64,000 nucleotides of DNA, taken from NCBI GenBank assembly GCA_951406725.2, contig OX597816.1, positions 12,710,001 through 12,774,000 on the forward strand. The letters run 5' to 3'. Source of the stretch: Octopus vulgaris. Taxonomy: Eukaryota. The notes beneath the pieces are model-generated. The model ran no database searches. It worked only from the letters and a program-made list of their open reading frames with translations, and was not told the DNA's origin. A program made the position numbers and the translations under genes. Below are positions 51,692 through 64,000 of the stretch, one piece after another; the stretch's first letter is position 1, and each line of letters begins with the position of its first letter.

Positions 51692-52294
51692 CATGCATAC
51701 ATACATATATGCACATATATGTATAAATATATATGTATATATATGTGAACGCTCGTGTTTGTGTATACGGCTATGTCGTGTATGACTAAAGGCCATTTTC
51801 AAAATTTCTTTCGACTCTCTTTCTTCTGATTCTATAGATATCCGGTTGTGGGTTCGTGCTACTCCTACGAAATATGTGGAGCACTTTCTTTCATTTTGAG
51901 GCCTAATCGTACGATATATAAATATATGTGAATATTTTTACACAAGCATGTTTGTGTGGTAAGAAGACACCCACTGCCGGAGTCTCGTGGAGCTTTTTGT
52001 TACTGATTGACCCTGAAAAGAGGAAAGGCAAATTTTACCCCGGTGGGGTTAGAACTCAGAAAAACTAAAGAGCTCGAAGAAATGCTGGAAAGCAGTTTGT
52101 TCGATGCACATATGATTTTGCCAGCAGCCGTCCTGGGGAAAAAGAAAACGTGTTTAGAAAATGGCAGAGTCGTTAGATCGAGGGATGTATTGTAGTGTTC
52201 TCTCCAGCAATCTGAGTTCATGTACCGCCGAAGATAACTATGGTTTCTTCTATGAGCTGCCCCAGCATTGCCTCAGTTCAATAACTGAAACAAA

Positions 52295-52678
52295 TCAACC
52301 ACATGGTTCCGGGTTCAGTCTCACTGCGTGGCATCTTGGGCAAGTGTCTTCCTCTATAGCCTCGGGCCGACCAGAGCCTTGTGAGTGGATTTGGTAGACG
52401 GAAACTGAAAAGAAGCCCGTCGTATATATGTATATATATATATATATATGCGTGTGTGTTTGTGTGTCTGTGTTTGTCCCCCTAGTATTGCTTGACAACC
52501 GATGCTGGTGTGTTTACGTCCCCGTCACTTAGCGGTTCGGCAAAAGACACCTATAGAATAAGTACTGGGCTTACAAAGAATAAGTCCCGGGGTCGATTTG
52601 CTCGACTAAAGGTGGTGCTCCAGCATGGCCGTAGTCAAATGACTGAAACAAGTAAAAGAGTAAAAGAGTAAAAGAATA
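52295..52678 (+). mobile_element. SINE family A (5'-clipped)
   Basis: Matches 13128-13545. Confidence 0.9.
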
Positions 52679-53005
52679 AATGTGCACCTTCCAGCACACT
52701 ACTGCCTACCTCCTTTGAATAACAAGTACTCAATTCCCAGAACACTCCATGTTCTTCGATCTTCATGTTAAAAAATCTATATCTATATATTATCAGTACA
52801 CTTAGGCAGACGTACGTTACGCTGTCACGTGATTAGTTGAAGAGAGAAGGCAAAGATCGAGAGAGAGAGAGAGAAAGAAGGAGGAGTAGGAGAGATGACA
52901 AGCGGCGTGGGGTGAGGGGAATGTACTATTTATCACGTGATTAAAAAGTTAATTGAAAGGAGTGATATTGAGAAAGTAGGAAATACAATGTTTACCAGCG
53001 AACAA

Positions 53006-53042
<37 letters not shown>

Positions 53043-53297
53043 GCTGCTGTTGCTGCTGCTGCTGCTGCAACTACTACTACCACTACTACTACTACTACTA
53101 CTAGTTGTAGTAGTAGTAGGCGTTAAAACAGTTGCCGCTATGAATTTTATCGGCAACTTCATTCGCCCAGGCACCAAAACCGTTACAAATGTTTTAAGAC
53201 GAAACCGTATATATACTACACACATGCGAGTGTGTGTCACACAGTGAGTATAGTTTGCGTACTCAATACGTACGTACATACATTCATGCATACATAC

Positions 53298-53384
<87 letters not shown>

Positions 53385-53387
<3 letters not shown>

Positions 53388-53804
53388 CTCTTTACTCTTT
53401 ACTCTTTTACTTGTTTTAGTCGTTTGACTGCGGCGATGATGGAGCACCGCCTTTAATCGAGCAACTCGACCCCGGGACTTATTCTTTTTGTAAGCCCAGT
53501 ACTTATTCTATCGGTCTCTTTTGCCGAACCACTAAGTTACGGGGACGTAAACACACCAGCATCGGTTGTCAAGCAATGCTAGGGGGACAAACACGGACAC
53601 ACAAACACATACAAACACACACCACACACATATATATACATATATAGACAGGCTTCTTTCAGTTTCCGTCTACCAAATCCACTCACAATGCAATGGTCGC
53701 CCCGGGGCTGTAGCAGAAGACACTTGCCCAAGATGCCACGCAGTGGGACTGAACCCGGAACCATGTAGTTGGTTAGTAAGCTACTTACCACACAGCCACT
53801 CCTA
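53385..53804 (-). mobile_element. SINE family A
   Basis: Matches 13128-13545. Confidence 0.92.
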
Positions 53805-53829
53805 AATATATATATATATGTATGTATAT

Positions 53830-53953
53830 AAACCACAGAAAATGATAAATTCACGAAAGGAATGAAAATTAAAAAGGTTTACCATCTCAACTTGAGATGG
53901 TAAACGTTTTTAATTTCCATTCCTTTCGAGAATTTATCCTTTTTTTGTGGTTT
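53830..53953. repeat. ~60-bp-arm palindrome with 1-nt loop
   Basis: ..GTTTACCATCTCAA-C-TTGAGATGGTAAAC.. extending to AAACCACA / TGTGGTTT. Confidence 0.9.
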
Positions 53954-54139
53954 TTGAGATTTCTACTGCTCTTTCTAGCACAACGCTTTCCTATTTGGAA
54001 GCCTCTTATTGTATTTCTATATGAATAATATATAGTGTAATGACTAATTCGTTTTTGTGTTAGGCCACTGGTAATAATAATTTATTATTACCCTATGTAT
54101 TATGTTTATATATATATATATATATATATATATTCTTTT

Positions 54140-54270
54140 AATTTTTTACTTGTTTCAGTCATTTGGCTGCAGCCAAGCTGGAGCACCGCCTTTGGTCGAG
54201 CAAATCGATCCCAGGACTTATTCTTTGTAAGACTAGTACATATTCTATCGGTTTCTTTTGCCGAACCGCT
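54140..54270 (-). mobile_element. SINE family A 3' fragment
   Basis: TTTTACTTGTTTCAGTCATTTG..TTTGCCGAACCGCTA. Confidence 0.85.
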
Positions 54271-54531
54271 ATCTGTTCTTTCCGTGCTTGTTTATGTATA
54301 CATTCGCTGCTTCCTTCCAAGGAATCTAATGCTCTTAACTTAGTTATTCATTGGGGCTGGCCAGATTGGAGCAATCAGCCGAAATTGCGAAGATAATCTG
54401 GCACTCGAGTCAGGAAAGAAAACTTCGAATGACTCATCCTTGTTTTCTTTGTATCGTCTATCTGGATGTTTTGTTGTCCTATATTTGTGTCACTTAAATG
54501 TCCGGATGTTTTGTATTCTTGTCCCATTTTG

Positions 54532-54567
<36 letters not shown>

Positions 54568-54570
<3 letters not shown>

Positions 54571-54993
54571 CGCTGGAGTGGCTGTGTGGTAAATAGCTTG
54601 CCTACCAACCACATGGTTCCGGGTTCAGTCCCACTGCGTGGCATCTTGGGCAAGTGTCTTCTGCTATAGCCCCGGGCCGACCAATGCCTTGTGAGTGGAT
54701 TTGGTAGACGGAAACTGAAAGAAGCCTGTCGTATATATGTATATATATATATATATGTATGTGTTTGTATATGTTTGTGTGTCTGTGTTTGTCCCTCTAG
54801 CATTGCTTGACAACCGATGCTGGTGTGTTTACGTCCCCGTCACTTAGCGGTTCGGCAAAAGAGACTGATGGAATAAGTACTGGACTTACAAAGAATAAGT
54901 TTCGGGGTCGATTTGCTCGACTAAAGGCGGTGCTCCAGCATGGCTGCAGTCAAATGACTGAAACAAGTAAGAGAGTAAGAGAGTAATAGAGAG
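54568..54993 (+). mobile_element. SINE family A, full length
   Basis: Matches 13128-13545. Confidence 0.92.
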
Positions 54994-55524
54994 TATAGAT
55001 ATATAGCGGCATACATACACTTTGGTCTCTGATATATGCAATGGAAAGAAGTGGAGAATAATTTAATTTTGTGCGCTTATATGTATGAAAAAGAAAAAAA
55101 ATTGACGATATGTTTTCACTGAAAAATGTTTATGCCTCTTACTTGAACTGATACAGCATTGGTATACAGATACTCAAGGTCTGTTTGACATATATAATTT
55201 ATATAAACATAAGGGAACAAGGAAACGAGTTGCTCTAAGTCTGTTGTACTAAAAGAAAATTTAATATATATGTAGCTGTCTCTCTCTCTCTCTCTTCAGA
55301 CACACACATAGACACACTAATAAATATCTAATAGGCTAGTTGCTGGAAGAAAAGTGTTGATACTGCAGTAATTTCTAATTGATTCATGTCATGCCATATT
55401 CAACATGGAACCATGATGTAGATGGGATATTGTCAAGATTCCAAAACACATAAATTCGTCAGTTAGATTTGGGACTTAAAGCATTCAAACCAGATCAATT
55501 CAAATCTATTTACAATGTAATTGT

Positions 55525-55525
55525 G

Positions 55526-55575
<50 letters not shown>

Positions 55576-55678
55576 GCTGATGCTGCTGCTACTACTAGTA
55601 CGACTACTACGTATGATAATAATAATAATAATAATGATAATAATAATGATAATAATAATAATAATGATAATAATAATA

Positions 55679-55709
<31 letters not shown>

Positions 55710-55865
55710 TAATGATAATAATAATAATAACAATAATAATAATAATAACAATAATAATAATAATAATAATAACAACAACAACAACAACAACAACAACAAT
55801 AATAATAATAATAATATAATAATAACAACAACAACAACAATAATAATAATAATAATAATAATAAA
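55525..55865. repeat. Compound (CTA)/(AAT)/(AAC)n microsatellite
   Basis: Directly visible. Confidence 0.95.
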
Positions 55866-55947
55866 TGCCCTGATGCAATACAAGGCAGTGGTTCTCATGG
55901 CTTCTGATCTTAACTGATTGGAAGTGTTATCATGTACATTGTTTTGA
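55866..55947 (+). mobile_element. Family E 5' fragment
   Basis: Matches 47897-47978 and follows (AAT)n. Confidence 0.85.
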
Positions 55948-57125
55948 CACTGAGGGGGTCACTACGAGGATAGTTTACAATTTGTGTCATTACGTGGACA
56001 GTTTGTATTAAAAATGGGGTGAAACAAATGGAAAAGACAGTGAAATGGCATAAAAGAATATATATATATACCTATTATACAAGGTAAGTGGAAACAGGAA
56101 AGCTGTATTCTACCAGATACAGGAGTAAATCGAACAAGAACCAGCCAAGGAATCACAGATCCAGACTAACGCAGATTTCCAAAGGTACGAGTCCGCCCCT
56201 GTGTTGTTCTCCAGTCAATATGCACAGACTTAGTGTAGGGCAATTCGCCCTAACCATTTTCGTTACCATCAACCATCTTTACAAGATTTCGCTGAAGAGA
56301 AGCACTACCATCTCCATCCTCACTGTCCTTTCAAGAGGAACTTTAAAACAAAGTTGACCAGGGCTTGACCGATATGAAAGCTGCCTTTCGTCAATCGTTT
56401 CAGCCTCGTCTGCCACAGAAACTCTATGACCCTACCATATCAATCCTTATAGTTTTTATTAACCCTTTCAAACCCCTATACTGATTCTGTTCAATTCTAC
56501 TACCATTGATATATACATCCATCTAACCAGACCAATCGCCAACATATTTGTTGGTATTGATTTCATTTCATTTGTTAAAATTCATTTATTTTCGTATGCT
56601 TCATGCCATACAAGTCGTGTATATGTGTTTGTGAGTTTAAATGTGTTTATATATGTGGGTTTATTTATACTCTGTGTGTAGATGTATATGTGAGAGATGG
56701 AGAGAGAGACAGAGACAGACAGAGAGAGACAGACAGACAGAGAGCTCCAGTGTCTGCTCTGGTAATTTAGAAACTATTGAAGCATTAAATCTAGAAACTC
56801 TAGAATTTCTATCAATGATCACTAAACAATTTTTTCTTCAAATGTTCCAATATTGTATGTTTTTTTTTATCTGTTATATGGACATATTTGATAAACTACG
56901 GAATATACAAGAAGAATATACTAGAAAATAAAAACCAAATCATGTTCAATAAAAAAAGAAAGAACGAAATCTTTTTAAAATATGAGCTTTATGAAAAGTT
57001 AAATCAGTTCTGCAGAGTAAAAACATAAAGAAAAAGGAAAATACACATATATATGTATATATTTATATATAAATACACTCACAGACACACACACACACAC
57101 ATACAAATATGTGTGTGTATAAATA

Positions 57126-57195
<70 letters not shown>

Positions 57196-57586
57196 GTGTA
57201 TATATATATATATATACGTACACATAAACAAATAATATATATATGAATACACACACACATATACATACACACACACGCACACACACATATATATATACGT
57301 ACATATATACAAATATATATATGTGTGTATATAATCAATAAATATAAAAAAATATAAATAATACATATATAAACACATACACATAAATAAATTATATATG
57401 TATGAATACACCCCACACACGCACTCACACACACAATATATACAAATATATATGTGTGTAAATATACGCAATAAATCTAAAAAATATAAATAATATATAT
57501 AAATAAAATATAAATACATATACATAAATAAATAATATATGTATGAATACCCCACACGCAAACCCTCACATACACACACGCGCGCA

Positions 57587-57617
<31 letters not shown>

Positions 57618-57716
57618 AAAATATATTAATATTTGATACATCAAATCGCATCATTTTTCAGATGTTGTCGTTAAGAACAGATAATAGAACAGAATAAATT
57701 TAAATATTGACCACAT

Positions 57717-57935
57717 ATCTTTTACTTCTAATCTTTTACTTGCTTCAGTCATTGGCCTGCGGCCATGCCCGGCACGCTCCTTGAAGGTTTTAGTCGAATA
57801 ATATCTACTCCAGTTATCATTCTTTAAAGTCTGGTAAAGTTCCATCGGTGTCTTTTGCCGAACCGCTTGATAACGATGACGTAAACAATCCAAACATTGG
57901 TTCTCTCACAGTGGTGGGCCACAAACACAAAGACA
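57717..57935 (-). mobile_element. Degenerate SINE family A 3' half
   Basis: TTTTACTTG.TTCAGTCATT and CTTTTGCCGAACCGCT blocks. Confidence 0.75.
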
Positions 57936-58050
57936 TATACACGGATACTCATGCATACACATACATACATATATACATATACACACATAGACGCATGCAC
58001 ACACACACACACATACACATATATATGTATGTATATACATACATATGCCT

Positions 58051-58121
<71 letters not shown>

Positions 58122-58296
58122 GAATTTAGGGTATTTAAGAGATACCAGCAAGCTGGAAATGCTATTTCCAGCGAGGTGGGATACCCTAAATTATAATTCT
58201 AACAATAATTATTACCTTTGAAGGTTTTTATTCCCATGCTGGACACTTAATAAGATCGATATTTACATTAACGATCTTATCCTTATTTATATAAAT

Positions 58297-58480
<184 letters not shown>

Positions 58481-59970
58481 ATTCTATTATTCTATTCTTT
58501 TATCTTTTATATGTTTCAGTCAGTCCTAATGCTGTGACCATGCTGGGGCACCGCCAGTGTAATTATCTTTTAAATGGCAAATTCTAGCCGTAATAATGTT
58601 GTCATTTCACCTATCAACAAATTGCTTCTAGATTTATGTTCTCTAAGACGTGTTGAACCAGAGATCCCTTACTTGATAGACAGAAAAGGGATAGCGTCAT
58701 GCACGGCATTCACTCTAACACGATGCATCAATAATATATACGTCTAACCCAAGCTAGCAGGAGACAAAATTACTGCAAATGAACGAACGAACGAATGAAG
58801 CAATGTTCCTCCAGCCAAATACAGCTTCTTTATAGTTGTAACAGCCAGCATCTTCTTCACGGAGTTATCTGAAATTAATTCAGCAATGATACGAGTCAAA
58901 TCTTCTTTAGAATAATTCAATAAAGTAAATTTCTGTAAACTATTTCTTATCTCACTATGCTTCTTTACTCTTTGTTTTCGCATACAGATATTTCTAATAA
59001 CGTAAGAAAGTTTACAGAATGCTATCCAGTTAGGAAACAAGAGTTCCGTTAATCTGAAAAGATATAATATGGCGAATATTAAAAAGTAAACAAGAATGAT
59101 TCTGAATGTATATAAGTAGAAGAAACAAAAAATTAATATCCCGTTATTTTAAAGAAATCTCGAACGCGGAATAGCCGTGAAAACAGTTTATGAGATCAGG
59201 TAAATACCCTTAAAAAACGGAAAAAGTGGGAAGAATTCTGTTACAGACAACTGAAGCCTGTTCCTCTCAAATTCCGGCTGAGTGCTCTGTAGTATTGAGC
59301 AAAGCGATGTTCTCTAATATCTCAGTGTAGAATCTTGTATAATTAACTTAGTAATTGTTTAATCAATATTTCGTCATGCGTGATGAAATCTATGCATTAT
59401 TGATTAATTTAAAGCAAGACAGAAACATTTCCAGAACTGTCCACCATACTTGCTGGAAAAGGAGATAAATGATTATAAATTGTGATATGCATGGTGAACA
59501 GCGGTAAATGAAACAACCTGCATAGTTATTCTTAATACATTCCGACTGATTCCAAAGTGAACACGCTAAAAGCTGTCGTGTTTCGACACAGGAGGACAGC
59601 TTCTTTACGACGAATATGTATTCATAACACATTCGATTCCTCAGCAGAAGAGACTCTTGGACATCCGCTGTTTCGACATCGTTGCTTTTCATCAGTCAGA
59701 CCCCTTCGGATAAATGAACCTAGCAGGAGTCGAAGCATTTTTTATAACTTTAGCGAACAAACTGTTTGCTGGTCCGCGGTGATATCTGCCAACTAATACT
59801 AAATCGTGATACACTTGTATTTGATCTCGTGGCGGCATCCACCCAGGGTACATGGAGCCATCTCTGAGTAACGAATTCACCCTGACGGTCGGCCCTTATA
59901 TTCCTGCAGGCAAAGTAATGCTTCTGCTTGAGACCCAAGGAGCCCAGCTTCCAAATTTGTCAAATGCCCA

Positions 59971-60506
59971 TCCGGAAGGCGAAATTTTTTCCCACGGTAG
60001 TTCCGGACCCCAGCAATAAACTCATTTGTATAAAGCCAATCAGAGATCACCTTGACCTTTTTGTCTAATTAACAAACACACTCTACCAAGCAAACTCAAG
60101 ACGAAGTACGTTGTTGTAAATCGACCGATCTCTAAGTTACACCTGATTTTAGGAGACAAGCTATTAAATAGATTTGCATCTATATCTATTATCGGATTTT
60201 ATTAGATATGGTAGAGATGTGGATGGGAAAAATGTGGGTAGAGGGTGACGTACTAGCAACCCTCTCCCCTTACTGTTTTACAAAGTAAACAACACAAATA
60301 ACTACGCAGTGGCAGCCATGGTTGAAACAAGAACAAGAACAATAAGCATTATTAAAAGACAAAAGCATGGTCATTCCTTAACCAAAATACCTTATCTTAT
60401 CGCCCATCGCTTGTTATGCGCTCATAAATTAGTTTGATTGGCTGTATGCAAATGAGTTCATAACTTGGGTTAGGAACTCGGGCGAGAAAAAAAATTCGCA
60501 TCCGGA
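59971..60506. promoter_or_regulatory. Candidate divergent promoter: two outward-facing 72-bp modules
   Basis: 59971-60042 (minus) and 60435-60506 (plus) share TGATTGGCT (CCAAT box), AT(G/A)CAAATGAGTT (octamer), GGAACT, an A-tract, TTCGC and TCCGGA at nearly identical spacing. Confidence 0.45.
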
Positions 60507-60728
60507 AGAGCAAGTGTGTCGGATAGCACAAACGTTGTAGCCGTAGTCGTTATTCTTTGTTGAGGGACACGGTTTGTGTTCGGAGGTTCCGTGTTAATGC
60601 GAGTTCACATATGGTTCCCAATCACATGGAAATCGTGATTTGTTTAGTGAGAATCTATTATTGATTTTTGTCTCTTGCTTTGACTTCGGTTCAACGAATG
60701 ATTATTTCTTATTAATTCATGAAATATT

Positions 60729-60895
60729 TAGGAGTGGCTGTGTGGTAAGTAGCTTGCTTACCAACCACCTGGTTCAGTCCCACTGCGTGACACCTTGGGC
60801 AAGTGTCTTCTACTATAGCCTCGGGCCGACCAAAGCCTTGTGAGTGGATTTGATAGACGGAAACTGAAAGAAGCCCGTCGTATATATGTATATGT
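60729..60895 (+). mobile_element. SINE family A 5' half
   Basis: Matches 13128-13300. Confidence 0.88.
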
Positions 60896-60997
60896 ATTAT
60901 TAGCATCTTTATCATCATCATCATCATCATTATCATCATCATCATCTTTTTCATTATTATTATTATTATTATCATCATTTTTTGATTATTATTATTA

Positions 60998-61053
<56 letters not shown>

Positions 61054-61668
61054 TTAAATAAGGAACAGTCTCATTTGTACTTTAATGCATGGGCATCAAT
61101 TCCGAGAATTCGTAGAAATATTTGACGGATCGCAGTTATTTTATGTATCTTAGTGGGCGAAACGGTTTCAAATGAAAGAAAATAAAATATTTTTTTTTTC
61201 TTTTTAATTTTTTCATATCTTACAAATTCTCATTTCTAGTTTACAACCACCATGAAGAATAATGGTAAGTCATAAATTTATTCGAATTTTTGGACATGTT
61301 TACATCGTTATATCGTACTTAAGCACCAAGAAGACCTTTTCCATTCTTTGAAGAGATTCTTCTATAAACAAATTAGACAGAATGAGAATAAAAGCAGACA
61401 ATAAATGACATGAAAATAACAGAAAAATCAACTAAAATGTCATCTTTGAGTGGCATTTTAATGGAAACATTGTTTCTTTCTCCAACCTGACACAAACTCC
61501 TCCTGTTTTGTGGTGACAGCGAGGAAAGACATTTAGACGAAGATTCTAATCTGTGCTTCTTTACGTTCTTGTTTCATTGTGTCAAAATAGTTTCGTAATT
61601 CTTCAGCTGGGGAGAGAGAAGTATGACAGAATATGACGAAATGAAATACGTGGGATGTAGGCGAGAGT

Positions 61669-61737
<69 letters not shown>

Positions 61738-61969
61738 TGTGCGTGTGACTAGGACAGGCAGGTAAAGAGAGAGTTAGAGATAAAGAGTAACAGATAACAG
61801 AGAGAAGGACAGCCAGGCAGACAGGCAGACAGAGAGACAGAGACAAGGGGACGGAGAGCAGTCATAGAAAGAGGGAGACAGACAGGCATACAGACATACA
61901 GACATACATATAGTGGGGTGAGATAGAGAGAAAAACAGACAGACAGAAGGGAAGTGAGAGACACAGACT

Positions 61970-62004
<35 letters not shown>

Positions 62005-62350
62005 TCAAGGAGAGAGAGAGAGACAAAGAGAGGAAGACAGAGCTAGAGGCAAAGAGAGAGACAGAAAGTGAGACGTAGACACAGAGAGCGAGATTTGGGA
62101 GAGCTGAAAAAGAAGGAACAGTGGAGCGTAATGTTAAACTGTAGAAATTATATGGGTCCCTACAAAGGGTCTCTGGAGTAACGCTGTTCGACAAAGTGCA
62201 TAGCTCGGAGATTAGAGAGTCTCACCTCGTCGAGCTGCTGTCTTCGCATCTAAACTTTACAACACCAGTACTACAGGCATGTAATGAGAATGTGACAGGA
62301 AAGCATCGCAAGATAGCCACAAGCGTGGTCGTGTTGTAAGACGTTGGCTT

Positions 62351-62757
62351 AAGGCGGCGAGCTGGCAGAACCGTTAGTACGCTGGGCGAAATGCGTCGCC
62401 GTATTTCGTCTGCCGTTACGTTCTGAGTTCAAATTCCGCCGAGGTCGACTTTGCCGGTCATTCTTTCAGGTTCGATTAAATAAGTACCAGTTACGCACTG
62501 GGGTCGATATAATCGACTTAATCCGTTTCTCTGACCTTGTTTGTCCCCTCTGTGTGTAACCCCTTGTGGGTAGTAAAGAAATAGGTATTTTTTCTGTCGC
62601 TACGTTCTGAGTTCAAATTCCGCCGAGGTCGACTTTGCCTTTCATCCTTTCGGGGTCGATTAAATAAGTACCAGTTACGCACTGGGATCGATGTAATCGA
62701 CTAAATCCCTTTGTCTGTCCTTGTTTGTCCTCTCTGTGTGGGCAATAACGAAATAAG
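62351..62757 (+). mobile_element. SINE family B head-to-tail dimer
   Basis: Monomer, then GAAATAGGTATTT junction at ~62580, then a headless second body. Confidence 0.92.
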
Positions 62758-62759
62758 AT

Positions 62760-63145
62760 GACTGCTTACCAACCACATGGTTCTGGATTCAGTACCACTG
62801 CGTGGCACCTTGGGCAAGTGTCTTCCATCAAAGCCACGGGCCGACCGAAGCCTTGTGAGTGGATTTGTTAGACAGAAACTGAAAGACGCCTGTCATATAT
62901 ATGTATGTGTATGTATGTGTGTGTGTGCCATTGTGTTTAAGTTTGTGCCCTCCACCATCACTGGTTGACAACCGTTGTTGGGGTATTTACGTCCCTGTAA
63001 CATAGAAGTTACCGGTACGTAATGGAGTTTGACAGAATAAGTAAGTACCAAACTTAGAAAAATGTACTGGGGTCGATTAATACGATTAAAATTTCTTGAA
63101 GGTGGTGCCCCAGCATGGCCGCAGTCTAACGCATGACAGAAGTAA
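62760..63145 (+). mobile_element. Diverged SINE family A
   Basis: TGCTTACCAACCACATGGTTC..GGTGGTGCCCCAGCATGGCCGCAGTC. Confidence 0.85.
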
Positions 63146-64000
63146 ATGATTAATGAAACGGTACACGATAGATTCTTCAAGCAAAGCCAACTGGCAGGAG
63201 ACCAGAATCTGATCCTTGGATAATATCCGCAGTCGCAGTTGGTTGCGCTTGGCAATTCAGCCGTAAAATGTAATAACGGTTCCTTCTGCCAAGATCTTAT
63301 GGAGGAGGTACCCGAAGATTCTGCTACTGTGACCTTTCCAGGAACAATGGCAGAGAAAATGAATGGATGGAAGAAAGGAAAGAACAAAGGAGGAAACTTA
63401 ATAAGAGAAAGAATAAAATAATTGAATTTTAACTCCTTTGTCAAAACTATCGTTTCAAAATGGCTTTCACCTTTAGAAGCAGCATTGCAAGAAATTTATT
63501 CTCAGAAGAAGTGATTCTTTCAATAAAATTAATGAGTATTGCTTTGTTTAGTAATGCGAATGATTCTACAAAAATGGTTCTGCTAAATACGGAATTAGAA
63601 TTCTTACAATCACTGGATTTGGATTTGAAAAATTTCGCTCATTTCAAACATTTCCTTTTAGTTACCCGATGTGCGGATGAATGTGTGTGTGTGTGTGTAT
63701 GTGTGTGCGTGTTTGTGTGTAAATACACTTGTATCTATTAATGAAGGATTGACAATCCAGGAAAAATGCTTCGCAAAGTTTCTCTTAATGTAAGTACACC
63801 AGGTTAACAAGATGGGAATGATTTCCGCCCCACCCGTTATTTTCTCCCATATTTATTTATTTTTGTAACTTTTCTTTTGCCAAATGTGCCCGTTTTCGGA
63901 TACGGAGGTTCCGGAAAATTGCCAAAAATCGGCATTGTGAAATTTTCCCCCACCTTCCCCCAACTTCAATTTTGACTTTTTTCCCAAACACTAACCCTAA

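Noticed and set aside
59760-59970. RNase P/MRP or snRNA gene next to the octamer motif
   Set aside because: No CR-I/CR-V, Sm site or recognisable snRNA sequence found by eye.
63991-64000. CTAACCCTAA as telomere or telomerase RNA template
   Set aside because: Only 10 nt at the window edge; such motifs are common inside invertebrate repeats and the downstream context is not visible.

Overview
AT-rich, repeat-dense eukaryotic DNA. The SINE families and the TA/CA/AAT microsatellite load suggest an octopus-type cephalopod genome (inference from recall, not a database search). I found no host protein-coding gene, rRNA, true tRNA gene or CRISPR array. Most ORFs in the track are microsatellite translations. 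Recognisable content: a near-complete but disabled R4/Dong-like RLE LINE in an (AAT)n tract (26.5-30.0 kb) plus two relatives; two Penelope-like element (PLE) GIY-YIG remnants; mariner, Tc1 and Merlin transposase pseudogenes; a CR1/L2-like fragment; Helitron-like and MITE elements; and about 30 tRNA-derived SINE copies. The main hidden signal is a set of minimal type-I hammerhead ribozyme (HHR) motifs. Four belong to one composite module, [tRNA-like Pol III head]-(AAT)n-[HHR]. This module follows a PLE endonuclease stop codon, occurs in inverted pairs, and its AAT spacer hosts insertions of the R4 LINE and of a ~555-bp AAT-specific element. A second, TA-embedded family carries two different HHRs in tandem. 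There is also a symmetric, outward-facing pair of 72-bp CCAAT/octamer modules at ~60 kb. All structures were read by eye and coordinates are approximate.
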